A DNA stretch of 64,000 nt from Bacteroidales bacterium (GTDB taxonomy: Bacteria; Bacteroidota; Bacteroidia; Bacteroidales; TTA-H9), in assembly GCA_035411425.1 (NCBI GenBank), contig DAONSX010000001.1, positions 1,678 to 65,677 on the forward strand, written 5' to 3'. Position numbers and translations under genes: made by a program. The notes beneath the pieces were generated by a model, which saw only the letters and a list, made by a program, of their open reading frames with translations, did no database searches and was not told where the DNA came from. This document shows positions 39,358 through 48,677 of this stretch, piece after piece. How positions within the stretch are numbered: the stretch's first letter is position 1; the number at the start of each line of letters is the position of its first letter.

Positions 39358-39438
39358 ATTCCTTACTCTATTTCCTCTATAAATCTCATAATTTTTTTAT
39401 AAGGGTCTTATAACGGACAATTATGAATTTTTTTTATT

Positions 39439-39446
39439 TAAGTTTG
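39439..39446 (+). promoter_or_regulatory. Candidate -7 box TAAGTTTG
   Basis: TAnnTTTG match 65 nt upstream of the ATG at 39511. Confidence 0.35.
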
Positions 39447-39510
39447 CATATAGAGTAAAAAAGTTGGAATCAAAAAGGAATAAATTCATAACAAAACCAA
39501 ATTATTGAAA

Positions 39511-40605
39511 ATGAACAGAGTATTAGTAGCTACGGGTGGTGGCGATTGCCCTGGATTGAATGCAGTAATTCGGGCTATAGTAAAAAGAGCAGCCAGAGAG
39601 AAGAATTGGGAAGTGATAGGAAGCATAGAAGCTTTTAATGGAATTTTAAGAGAACCCACCGAGATTATGGTACTCAACGAAAAAGCCGTTTCAGGTATTC
39701 ATTATCAGGGAGGTACTATATTAGGAACCACTAATAAAGGAGGTCCATTTGCCTGGCCTGTAAGACTACCTGATGGAACCTGGGAAGAAATTGACAGAAG
39801 CGATGAAATGCTTCGCAAACTGCAATATTTGGGTGTAGATGCGGTCATCAATATTGGAGGAGAAGGATCACAGACCATCTCGCAGGCTTTGTACGAAAAA
39901 GGGCTCAACATTATTGGAGTACCAAAAACCATCGACAACGATTTGCTGGGAACCGATTCTACTTTCGGATTTCAAACTGCCGTACAGATTTGTACTGAAG
40001 CTGTGGATAAGCTTGTTACCACTGCTGCGAGCCATAATCGTATTTTGATTCTTGAAGTGATGGGGCGTTATGCCGGATGGATTGCCATGAATGCAGCTGT
40101 GGCTGGCGGAGCTGAAATATGCCTAATTCCTGAAATTCCTTATGATATCGATAAGGTTCTTCAAAAAATCGATTCCCGCTTCGTAAAGGGACGAGGTTTT
40201 GTGAATATAGTGATTTCGGAAGGTGCTCGTCCTATAGGAGGCGATTTTGCAAGAAAGGAAACCGGCGAAGTGGGCTATCACAGCGTTAAACTTTCGGGAG
40301 CAGCCGAACGCCTCATGCAAGAATTGAAGGAAGCAGGCTGCCCTTATGATATGCGAGCTACCGTTTTAGGCCATGTGCAGCGAGGAGGTGTGCCTATTGC
40401 CTACGATCGCGTCCTAGCTACTCAGTTTGGAGTGAAAGCCATGGAACTGGTAATGGAAGGAAAATTTGGACAAATGGTGTCGTACCGTCATCCTTACATT
40501 ACCTCCGTTCCCTTGAAAGATGCCATTAAAAGATACAATTTCGTAGATATGGATACCGCATTAATAAAAACTGCGCGTGGTGTGGGTATATGTTTTGGCG
40601 ATTGA
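39511..40605 (+). CDS. pfkA: 6-phosphofructokinase
   Basis: VLVATGGGDCPGLNAVIRA, IGGEGS, PKTIDNDL and MGRYAGW motifs. ATG 39511 is preferred over TTG 39505. Confidence 0.9.
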   Translation: MNRVLVATGGGDCPGLNAVIRAIVKRAAREKNWEVIGSIEAFNGILREPTEIMVLNEKAVSGIHYQGGTILGTTNKGGPFAWPVRLPDGTWEEIDRSDEMLRKLQYLGVDAVINIGGEGSQTISQALYEKGLNIIGVPKTIDNDLLGTDSTFGFQTAVQICTEAVDKLVTTAASHNRILILEVMGRYAGWIAMNAAVAGGAEICLIPEIPYDIDKVLQKIDSRFVKGRGFVNIVISEGARPIGGDFARKETGEVGYHSVKLSGAAERLMQELKEAGCPYDMRATVLGHVQRGGVPIAYDRVLATQFGVKAMELVMEGKFGQMVSYRHPYITSVPLKDAIKRYNFVDMDTALIKTARGVGICFGD

Positions 40606-40630
40606 ATCATAGGAAAATATTTTCTCCAAA

Positions 40631-40666
40631 TTTAAAGCCCTGAGTCTTACCGATCAGGGCTTTAAA
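40631..40666. terminator. Bidirectional intrinsic terminator between convergent pfkA and clpX
   Basis: TTTAAAGCCCTGA-(10 nt loop)-TCAGGGCTTTAAA, a 13-bp stem flanked by A/T runs. Confidence 0.65.
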
Positions 40667-40703
40667 TTTCTTTGTCAGAATAAACGTGAATATTCAATCC
40701 AAT

Positions 40704-41939
40704 TCAGGCCACCTTCAATCTGCTGATGCCAGAGGTTTCGAATTTTTCTTGGGCATAATCAAGCGTAATGTGCAGAGTAGGAGCAAGTTTTCCAGAAGGC
40801 GCCTCGAACATTAAATCCTTAAGAATGCTTTCCATGATGGAACGTAACCCTCTGGCACCAAGTTTGAATTCTATGGACTTTTGAACGACGAAATCAAATA
40901 CCTCATCATCGAAGCTCAGTTGGATTTTGTCCATTTCGAATATCTTCTTATACTGTTTTACCAGAGCATTTTTAGGTTCGGTGAGGATACGCTTCAAAGC
41001 ATTGGCATCTAAGGGTGATAGATGGCAAACCACAGGAAAACGACCTACAAGTTCCGGAATAAGGCCATAAGCTCTCAAATCAGGAGGAGAAACATACTGC
41101 AGCAAATTGTCTTTTTCGATTTCGGTAAATGGCTCTTTTTTAAAGCCTACGATATTGGTTCTAAGCCTCGAGGCAATTTTATTCTCGATTCCATCGAAGG
41201 CGCCTCCGGCAATAAAGAGAATATTCTGAGTGTTCACCTGAATGAATTTTTGCTCGGGATGTTTGCGACCTCCCTGTGGAGGAACATTCACAATGCTTCC
41301 TTCGAGGAGTTTGAGCAAAGCTTGTTGAACCCCTTCACCCGATACATCACGTGTAATGCTTGGATTGTCGCTTTTACGAGAGATTTTATCGATTTCGTCA
41401 ATAAAAACAATACCCATTTCTGTGGTAGCTATATCGTAATCGGCGGCTTGCAGCAACCGAGCTAATATGCTCTCGACATCTTCTCCCACATAACCGGCTT
41501 CGGTTAAAACAGTGGCATCAGCTATGCAAAAAGGTACATTGAGCAAGCGCGCTATGGTTTGAGCCAGAAGTGTCTTCCCTGTACCGGTTTCCCCTACAAA
41601 GATGATATTCGATTTTTCGATTTCTACATCATCTATATTGTTCTGGCTGATAGGTTGTGAAATTCTCTTATAATGATTGTAAACCGCAACCGAGAGCACT
41701 TTCTTGGCCTCTTCCTGCCCGATAATGTATTGATCGAGGTAGGCTTTGATTTCTGCAGGTTTATAGATTTTCTTCGAATGAACCTTCTTCTTTCGTGCGG
41801 AAGTTATTTCCTGCAAAACAATATCACGGGCCTGTTCTATACAACTATCGCAAATATTGGCATTTATTCCACTGATGAGCAGATTGACTTCTTTTTTACT
41901 TCGCCCGCAAAATGAACAGTATTCCAATGTTTTTGCCAT
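40704..41939 (-). CDS. clpX: ATP-dependent Clp protease ATP-binding subunit ClpX
   Basis: Zinc finger CSFCGR..CDSC, Walker [13 protein letters not shown] and FIDEIDK motifs. ATG 41939 is preferred over TTG 41975. Confidence 0.95.
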   Translation of the reverse strand: MAKTLEYCSFCGRSKKEVNLLISGINANICDSCIEQARDIVLQEITSARKKKVHSKKIYKPAEIKAYLDQYIIGQEEAKKVLSVAVYNHYKRISQPISQNNIDDVEIEKSNIIFVGETGTGKTLLAQTIARLLNVPFCIADATVLTEAGYVGEDVESILARLLQAADYDIATTEMGIVFIDEIDKISRKSDNPSITRDVSGEGVQQALLKLLEGSIVNVPPQGGRKHPEQKFIQVNTQNILFIAGGAFDGIENKIASRLRTNIVGFKKEPFTEIEKDNLLQYVSPPDLRAYGLIPELVGRFPVVCHLSPLDANALKRILTEPKNALVKQYKKIFEMDKIQLSFDDEVFDFVVQKSIEFKLGARGLRSIMESILKDLMFEAPSGKLAPTLHITLDYAQEKFETSGISRLKVA

Positions 41940-41988
41940 CGATTTCTTCCTTTTGTACAAAATATCTCGAGCCAAAGAAAAAGAATCC

Positions 41989-42696
41989 TTAGGCTTGATT
42001 TGAACTATCTTTCGTATTCCTTTCCCTGAACAATACTTCGTCGATCATTCCATATTCCTTGGCTTCATATGAAGTCATCCAGAAATCACGGTCGGCGTCT
42101 TGCCAGATTTTTTCGAAAGGTTGGCCTGTATGATAGGCAATAATTTCATACAGTTCCTTTTTTAATTTTTGAATTTCTCTGGCAGTGATTTCTATATCGG
42201 AAGCTTGTCCTTCGGCACCTCCCATAGGTTGATGAATCAGGATGCGTGAGTGCTTGAGGGCTGTTCTTTTGCCTTTGGCACCAGCACATAGGATTACTGC
42301 ACCCATCGAGGCAGCCATGCCTGTACAGATAGTGGCCACATCGGCTGCAATATATTGCATGGTATCATAAATCCCTAATCCCGCATATACCGAACCTCCA
42401 GGCGTGTTCAAATAGATTTGAATGTCTTTACGTGGATCGGTACTTTCGAGGAATAGAAGCTGTGCCTGAATAATATTGGCCACATAATCATCGATGGGTA
42501 CTCCTAAAAAAATGATTCTATCCATCATCAACCTCGAGAACACGTCCATTGTGGCTACATTGAGTTGACGTTCCTCAATAATTGTAGGCGATATGTAATT
42601 ATCATGTACCGCAATGTATTTCTGCAAAGCCAAAGGATTTATTCCTACATGGCGAGTTGCAAATTTGTAAAATTCATCTTTATTCATATTATTCAT
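41989..42696 (-). CDS. clpP: ATP-dependent Clp protease proteolytic subunit ClpP
   Basis: [20 protein letters not shown] (active-site Ser) and IHQPMGG (His) motifs. Confidence 0.93.
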   Translation of the reverse strand: MNNMNKDEFYKFATRHVGINPLALQKYIAVHDNYISPTIIEERQLNVATMDVFSRLMMDRIIFLGVPIDDYVANIIQAQLLFLESTDPRKDIQIYLNTPGGSVYAGLGIYDTMQYIAADVATICTGMAASMGAVILCAGAKGKRTALKHSRILIHQPMGGAEGQASDIEITAREIQKLKKELYEIIAYHTGQPFEKIWQDADRDFWMTSYEAKEYGMIDEVLFRERNTKDSSNQA

Positions 42697-44119
42697 TATT
42701 TTGATTTTCTGTATTGTTTTCCATTATTTCATTACTTTTTTCTTCCTGAGCCTCTTTATCTTCTTTCTTCGTATCTTTTGTAATTGAAGCCATGAATGTT
42801 GTTGAATCCAGTTCTGTAATTTCGAGTGGAAGGTTCGATTTTAGGAATTCTATAATTTTACGTTCTCTCAGTTCGTTCTCTGCATTCTCAATATTTTTTT
42901 CATTTTTCATTGCTGCATCCACGTACTGTGATATTTTTTCTACTATATTAGGATTATTCTGAAGATAAGGGAAACTCGAAGATACAATCTTCTGTGCTAA
43001 ATGATTTCTGATGTCTTCTTCATCAATTTTTATATCTGCTTTTTCAATAATATAATTGATTAGTAAGTCTATACGAATTGATTCGATATAATCATCAATA
43101 CCTTTATCAACTTCTTCTAAATCTTTATTTTCGTCGGTGGCTATCCATCTTTTGAGAAAATCTTTGGGCAGGGGAATATTCGTTTGATTAAGTATCATTT
43201 GCATGGAAGCCAAGTAGAATAATCTGTCGCTATATTCTTGCAAAACATTTAAATTAATTTTTTTTGCTACTTCGGCTCTGAATTCTTCTAACGTTTCTAT
43301 GTTTTGTTCGGGGAAAACTTGGTGAAAAAAGTCCTGATTTAGCTCAGGCAATTTTTTATGAGAAATGCTAATGATTTTAAGTTGAAGATTCTTGTATAAA
43401 TTCTCCGCTTCGCTTAGGCTAATTCCAATAAATTTGGCTAAATCTTCGGATGAACCAAACAGAAAGTCGATGATTTCATCTTTTCTTAAACCTAATAGCT
43501 TATCCTTAATTTCTTGAGGAAGGGATTCCTCTCTAATATCAAATCTTATTGGTTGATGATATCCATCCTCCTTTGGCGAGCCTGAATTGTCTATTTCGAA
43601 CAGTTCTCCCTCGATGATAGCCTCTCCATCCACAGTTTCTATCTCCACCAATTCGGCAAACTGTTCTCTAAATTTCTCGATTTGACGATCTATATCGGTT
43701 TGCGTAGGGACGATTTTAATGTACTTCACCGGTTGTATTTCGGAGAAATTAATTTCTATTTCGGGTGTGAATGCTATATCGAAAAGAAATTCGGGTTCCT
43801 CACCTTGATAATACTCCATATTAAATGACCCAGCTTGCTGGTTGATTAACGGATATCCTAAGATAGGCAATTGGTTTTCTGTTATATATTGAATGACTGT
43901 TTCAATAAGTAATTTATTAATATAGTCAAAAAAGAGTGAATAACCATACAATTTCTTTATATGCTCCATAGGCACCTTTCCTTTGCGAAATCCAGGAATG
44001 ACTGCCTCACGTTGTAATTTATTAAGTTCGGCTACAATTTGAGGAAGAAAATCTTCTTCAGATAACTTCAAATGAAGTGTTGCGGTCAATTCACCTGTAT
44101 CTTCTCGAATAATTTCCAT
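42689..44119 (-). CDS. tig: Trigger factor
   Basis: N-terminal ribosome-binding signature [10 protein letters not shown]. Sits upstream of clpP-clpX. 476 aa with an acidic C-terminal tail. Confidence 0.85.
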   Translation of the reverse strand: MEIIREDTGELTATLHLKLSEEDFLPQIVAELNKLQREAVIPGFRKGKVPMEHIKKLYGYSLFFDYINKLLIETVIQYITENQLPILGYPLINQQAGSFNMEYYQGEEPEFLFDIAFTPEIEINFSEIQPVKYIKIVPTQTDIDRQIEKFREQFAELVEIETVDGEAIIEGELFEIDNSGSPKEDGYHQPIRFDIREESLPQEIKDKLLGLRKDEIIDFLFGSSEDLAKFIGISLSEAENLYKNLQLKIISISHKKLPELNQDFFHQVFPEQNIETLEEFRAEVAKKINLNVLQEYSDRLFYLASMQMILNQTNIPLPKDFLKRWIATDENKDLEEVDKGIDDYIESIRIDLLINYIIEKADIKIDEEDIRNHLAQKIVSSSFPYLQNNPNIVEKISQYVDAAMKNEKNIENAENELRERKIIEFLKSNLPLEITELDSTTFMASITKDTKKEDKEAQEEKSNEIMENNTENQNNE

Positions 44120-44227
44120 GGATAATTTAAGTTTTTATTTTGAAAGTTTGCTCGTAAATATTGATGTTTAGGTTTGCCTTTTCTCTGTGTCTTCCCAGAA
44201 TTTAGGTAAGGCAGTTATAAGCATTTT

Positions 44228-44521
44228 TCAATCATTCGACTTAACAATGTTGCTTAATTTTTCAATGGCTTGTTCTATCTGATGGTTTAAATCGTTTTCT
44301 ATGCTCCTGAAATGAGCTTTAACCGCACGAGGGTCATCTTTGCCTTCGATATGATTCACCCGGTACACAAGGTTGTTGCGGGTATTGACAAGTTCTCTCA
44401 GAAGGTGATAAACTTCTTCTTCTTTTTTACCCGGATAAAGATGAAGTACATTTAAACAGTCAGAGATTACCTCATCGATGGCATATTCAATATATTTTTT
44501 GGTATCTTTTTTACTGGCCAT
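44228..44521 (-). CDS. Hypothetical small helical protein (97 aa)
   Basis: Complete ORF with no overlapping alternative and no recognised motif. Confidence 0.4.
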   Translation of the reverse strand: MASKKDTKKYIEYAIDEVISDCLNVLHLYPGKKEEEVYHLLRELVNTRNNLVYRVNHIEGKDDPRAVKAHFRSIENDLNHQIEQAIEKLSNIVKSND

Positions 44522-44575
44522 TGGGTTTTTTAAGTTTTAAGTAAGGATATTAAACTATTAGAAAATATGTTACTG

Positions 44576-44657
44576 TGCGGATGAAGGGACTCGAACCCCC
44601 ACGCCTTTCGGCACCAGATCCTAAGTCTGGCTCGGCTACCAATTACGACACATCCGC
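44576..44657 (-). tRNA. tRNA-Leu (anticodon TAG)
   Basis: The minus strand reads GCGGATG...CCAGA-CTTAGGA-TCTGG (anticodon TAG), with long variable arm GCC-GAAA-GGC, T loop GGTTCGAGTCC, and acceptor CATCCGC plus A. Confidence 0.85.
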
Positions 44658-44778
44658 ATAGGGTTTGCAAAATTACAATAATTTATAAGATTGGCAACCG
44701 AATTAAAGAGAATGGCTTTCGTTGCTTAAATGGCTTTTGTTCGAAGATTTTCATCGGAAGGTATTGCTTATTTTCAGC

Positions 44779-44786
44779 TATTTTTG
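44779..44786 (+). promoter_or_regulatory. Candidate -7 box TATTTTTG
   Basis: TAnnTTTG match only 6 nt upstream of the GTG 44792 start given for yidD. Confidence 0.35.
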
Positions 44787-44791
44787 CAAAC

Positions 44792-45094
44792 GTGCTGAAG
44801 CAAATACTAAAAACTCCGTTGATTATTCTGATAAGGGTGTATCAATTTGGTATTTCACCATTTACACCCGCCAGTTGCAGGCATTGGCCTAGCTGCAGCA
44901 CTTATGCTATCGAAGCCATCAAACGGTATGGCATATTTCGAGGTGGGATGCTTGCCATCAACCGTATTTTGCGGTGTCATCCGTGGGGAACTAGTGGCAT
45001 CGACCCTGTCCCACTTTTCTTATTCCATCGCTTTTATTCCAATAAAAAACTAAGTTGTAACAGGTTGAAGCCTCATCCGGAAAATTTGCAATAA
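44792..45094 (+). CDS. yidD: Membrane protein insertion efficiency factor YidD
   Basis: YQFGISPFTPASCRHWPSCSTYAIEAIKRYG..RILRCHPW signature. The start is uncertain (GTG 44792 or TTG 44816). Confidence 0.85.
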   Translation: MLKQILKTPLIILIRVYQFGISPFTPASCRHWPSCSTYAIEAIKRYGIFRGGMLAINRILRCHPWGTSGIDPVPLFLFHRFYSNKKLSCNRLKPHPENLQ

Positions 45095-45301
45095 GCTGAA
45101 AATGTACCCATTGAATTGTCTCGATGATTTTCTGGCTTCGAAATATCCTTCGTAAGAGATTGGAATTTTAAAGAACTGAGCCTCCTATTTCATTGGTTTA
45201 GCATTGCTCGAATGCGACCAAAATAGCACGATGAATCTTTGAAAAAGTATAAGGAGTTTGTCGACAATTCGTAAGTGTTCGAAAAGTAGAGATTTTAATT
45301 T

Positions 45302-46312
45302 TTATTTGCTTCCTACCATCATTCCGCAAGCAGCCGAAATATCGTAACCAGAAGATATTCTGATGGTTACCCTGAGGCCGTACTCGTTTAATATTTCTCT
45401 GAAGTTTTCGATGGTTCGAAGACAAGGTCTTCTGAAATTTGCCCCAGCAATGGAATTGTAGGCAATCAAATTAATATGACACCGGAGGCCGCTCAAAAGT
45501 CTGCCGGTTTCATGAGCATGTAAGGGGCTATCGTTGAATCCTCCCAGCAGAAGATACTCGAATGAAAGCCTGCGTTTGCCTGTAAATTTTTTCGTTTTTA
45601 GCATTTTTATCACCTCCTTGATGGGATAAATACTTTCAACAGGCATAATGCTCTTTCTTTCTTCGTGAAATGGAGAATGTAAGCTAATGGCGAGATTGCA
45701 TTTCAATTCTTCGATTACCTTCGAAAGTTCAGGAAATATACCAACTGTGCTAATGGTAATATATCGGTTGGCTAATGAGACTCCCCACCATGCATTCAGT
45801 ATTTCAACGGCTTTCTTGACGGATTGGTAACTGTCGAGAGGCTCGCCCATTCCCATGAATACGATGTGATTGAAAGGTTTTCGAAGTCCAAATACCTGCG
45901 AGAGAATTTCAAAAGTACTTAAATTGCCTCTGAATCCATGCTGCCCTGTTGAGCAAAATTTGCATCCAAACCTGCAACCCGCTTGCGATGATACGCAGAT
46001 AGTCATTCGTTTTGCGGCTGGAATCCATGCTGCTTCGAACGCTTTCCCTCCCTCACTCTCGAATAGACCTTTTATCGTACCATCGGACGATTGAAGTTTT
46101 AAAATAGGTTGTAAAACCTCTATTGAAAAATTATCTTCGAGAAACCACCTCAATGACTTAGGATAAGCCTCAATGGAACTCAAAGGTTTGCCATATTTCT
46201 TATACAAATTGTGCGCAAGCAGCGATGGATCTTTGGTTTCATAGCCGGCTGCCATAAAAATATTTCTTAGTTCTTCGAGATTTTTACCTATGAGATTTGC
46301 CGAATTATCCAT
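45302..46312 (-). CDS. rlmN: 23S rRNA/tRNA (adenine-C2)-methyltransferase RlmN (radical SAM)
   Basis: Radical SAM cluster motif CRFGCKFCSTG, GMGEPL, and C-terminal SAACGMM. RlmN versus Cfr-like is not formally resolved. Confidence 0.85.
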   Translation of the reverse strand: MDNSANLIGKNLEELRNIFMAAGYETKDPSLLAHNLYKKYGKPLSSIEAYPKSLRWFLEDNFSIEVLQPILKLQSSDGTIKGLFESEGGKAFEAAWIPAAKRMTICVSSQAGCRFGCKFCSTGQHGFRGNLSTFEILSQVFGLRKPFNHIVFMGMGEPLDSYQSVKKAVEILNAWWGVSLANRYITISTVGIFPELSKVIEELKCNLAISLHSPFHEERKSIMPVESIYPIKEVIKMLKTKKFTGKRRLSFEYLLLGGFNDSPLHAHETGRLLSGLRCHINLIAYNSIAGANFRRPCLRTIENFREILNEYGLRVTIRISSGYDISAACGMMVGSK

Positions 46313-46683
46313 GTCATAAAGCTCAGCCGCAAAGATACCTATGTTTCAATAAAATGGCTGGTAAGGACATAGGCTTAGTTTAGTCGATCGACGCATTCAG
46401 CCCTCACCTCCCAAAATTTACGACATGTGGAAGCTCCAATTACTAAATTTTTTTAAACCCAATAGGCCTCTAAGACCTGTTAGGTCTGAATTTCGAAGGA
46501 ATATTATTGAAATTTTGGAGGTTTTTACCACTGAGACATTCAAGGTGATCCGGAACGGTTTTCCTGACAATTTGCAAAAAGTATGCGTAAATAATCCATA
46601 GCTTATGTTTTCGAACGTTTTCCTTTTGTCGAGTGTGATATTTATAAATCACTTATATTTACCTCGTTTAAAATTTTTGGGTT

Positions 46684-47763
46684 ATGAAAAGCTTAAAATT
46701 CACAGTGTGCTTGTTTTTTGCTTTGCTCGCAGGGCAATTGTATGCTCAGGATGCATCCACAGAACAGAAGCTTGAGCATCTTATGAAGAAGGTTCAGGAT
46801 CTGGAACATGAGTTCGATATCTTGAAAAAACTCAGCGACGATATTTTATGGTTCGATCGGGTAGGGGATATGGCACATATCGATAAGGTATATATCACGG
46901 GGCCACCACCCCAGGTAGTAAAGAATCCTGATGCCACTGGTGCGCGAAATCCTTTGAAATTTTATTGTTATGTTTTCATTCCCCGACAGCTCGACTATTC
47001 GAAGAAATATCCACTGATTATATTGCCGCATGGAGGTGTTCATGCCGATTTTACCACTTATCATACCCATATTATTCGGGAGATGATTTATCAGGGATAT
47101 ATCGTAATTGCACCCGAATATCGTGGTTCAACAGGCTATGGAAAATCATTCTACGAAAAGATTGATTATGGTGGCCTCGAGATTGAAGATGTTCACGCAG
47201 CACGAAACTATATGGTCGAAAATTATCCTTTTGTCGACAAGAACAGGATAGGATTGGTGGGATGGAGTCATGGAGGGCTTATAGCCTTGATGGATGTTTT
47301 CGAGCATCCATCGGATTATGCTGTGATTTTTGCGGGTGTGCCGGTAAGTGATTTGATAGCCAGAATGGGATATCAAGGGCCATCCTATCAGGAACTCTTT
47401 TCGGCCGATTATCATATTGGCCAAACCGCAGCCGAGAATACAGCAGAATACCGTCGCAGGTCGCCGGCATGGAATGCAGAAAAACTCCAAACGCCATTAC
47501 TTATTCATACCAACACCAGCGACGACGATGTGAATGTTTTAGAGGTAGAACACCTGATAAAATCATTAAAAGCCGCAAACAAGAAATTCGAATATGAAAT
47601 CTTTCAGGAAGTGGAAGGAGGACATTCATTCGACAGAATAGATACAAAAACCGCAAAAGAAATCAGAGTAAAGATATATCGGTTTATAGGGACTTATTTA
47701 AAACCCCCCCGACAAATCCAAACTGTCGATCAAATCAACAAAGCAGCTTATTTCTTCGAATAA
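46684..47763 (+). CDS. S9 family (prolyl oligopeptidase-type) serine peptidase / alpha-beta hydrolase, secreted
   Basis: Signal peptide, nucleophile elbow GWSHGG, DDDVNV (Asp) and GGHSF (His). Confidence 0.75.
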   Translation: MKSLKFTVCLFFALLAGQLYAQDASTEQKLEHLMKKVQDLEHEFDILKKLSDDILWFDRVGDMAHIDKVYITGPPPQVVKNPDATGARNPLKFYCYVFIPRQLDYSKKYPLIILPHGGVHADFTTYHTHIIREMIYQGYIVIAPEYRGSTGYGKSFYEKIDYGGLEIEDVHAARNYMVENYPFVDKNRIGLVGWSHGGLIALMDVFEHPSDYAVIFAGVPVSDLIARMGYQGPSYQELFSADYHIGQTAAENTAEYRRRSPAWNAEKLQTPLLIHTNTSDDDVNVLEVEHLIKSLKAANKKFEYEIFQEVEGGHSFDRIDTKTAKEIRVKIYRFIGTYLKPPRQIQTVDQINKAAYFFE

Positions 47764-47799
47764 TTTCTTTCATGAAGTTTTGAAATCAGAAAATTTTCT

Positions 47800-47807
47800 T
47801 AATTTTG
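47800..47807 (+). promoter_or_regulatory. Candidate -7 box TAATTTTG
   Basis: TAnnTTTG match 14 nt upstream of the tRNA-His 5' end. Confidence 0.45.
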
Positions 47808-47820
47808 CATCCAATTATAC

Positions 47821-47896
47821 GGTGGGCGTAGTTCAGCGGTTAGAGCGTCGGATTGTGGTTCCGGATGTCGTGGGTTCGAATCCCACCGTCCACCCA
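47821..47896 (+). tRNA. tRNA-His (anticodon GTG)
   Basis: Extra 5' G(-1); acceptor GTGGGCG/CGTCCAC; anticodon stem-loop TCGGA-TTGTGGT-TCCGG; T arm GTGGG-TTCGAAT-CCCAC; 3' CCA encoded. Confidence 0.9.
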
Positions 47897-47902
47897 AAAA
47901 AT

Positions 47903-47921
47903 GGCCGAAAGGCCTTTTTTT
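47903..47921 (+). terminator. Intrinsic terminator after tRNA-His
   Basis: GGCC-GAAA-GGCC followed by T7. Confidence 0.6.
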
Positions 47922-48131
47922 ATTGCATCATGCTTAGCCTTCCCGTTTTTTAACTCGTCTTCCTTCCAAAATTTTAGAAAAATAAGATCAGAAGTCGTAT
48001 CCATAAGTAAAATAAAGTTTTTGCCTCATGTTGTGTATGCAAAAAACTGATTTATTGATTTATGGAGCATCATCCTATCTTGATGCATGGAATCCCGCTA
48101 AATCCTCTAAAAAAGCCATGGAGATAGGTAT

Positions 48132-48677
48132 TTAAAAGAGTGAGGACAATATTTCTTGATAGATCGAATAATTTTCGTTATCATAACACACGAAGATGAC
48201 CTTTTGAGGAAACTCATGAGATGGTAAGAATTGGATAACTGTATGGATGGCAATTTGAGCTGCATCTTTTTTGGGGAAGCCATAAATGCCCGTACTGATA
48301 TTGGGGAAAGCCACCTGCCCGAATTTGTTTTCGAAACTCAGGCTTAAACATTTCCGATAACATGATGCTAAAAGATGAGCTTCGTCGTGCTTACCACCTC
48401 TCCAAACTGGGCCTACGGTATGTATTACCCACCTTGCCTTTAAGTTAAAACCTGGTGTGATTACTGCATCACCTGTCGGACAACCGTCCAGTTTCTTGCA
48501 AGCCTCGAGCAAGAGAGGGCCTGCGGCTCGATGAATTGCTCCATCTACTCCGCCTCCACCTCTCAAGGAAGTATTGGCTGCATTGACGATGGCATCTACC
48601 TCACATCGAGTAATATCTCCCTGTGCGACCTCTATCCTTTCTTTTATTTTTTCTAAATTTTCCATGCTTAAAATCAT
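48132..48677 (-). CDS. Macro domain protein (O-acetyl-ADP-ribose deacetylase, YmdB-like)
   Basis: GDITRCEVDAIVNAANTSLRGGGGVDGAIHRAAGP and NISTGIYGFP macrodomain motifs. Its ATG overlaps the nfeD stop (TAATG). Confidence 0.88.
   Translation of the reverse strand: MILSMENLEKIKERIEVAQGDITRCEVDAIVNAANTSLRGGGGVDGAIHRAAGPLLLEACKKLDGCPTGDAVITPGFNLKARWVIHTVGPVWRGGKHDEAHLLASCYRKCLSLSFENKFGQVAFPNISTGIYGFPKKDAAQIAIHTVIQFLPSHEFPQKVIFVCYDNENYSIYQEILSSLF

Noticed and set aside
46535-46575. GGTGATCCGGAACGGTTTTCCTGAC as the conserved domain IV of SRP (4.5S) RNA
   Set aside because: Only the heptamer TCCGGAA matches the SRP motif GGUCCGGAAGGAAGCAGCC. The flanks are not complementary as the SRP helix requires.
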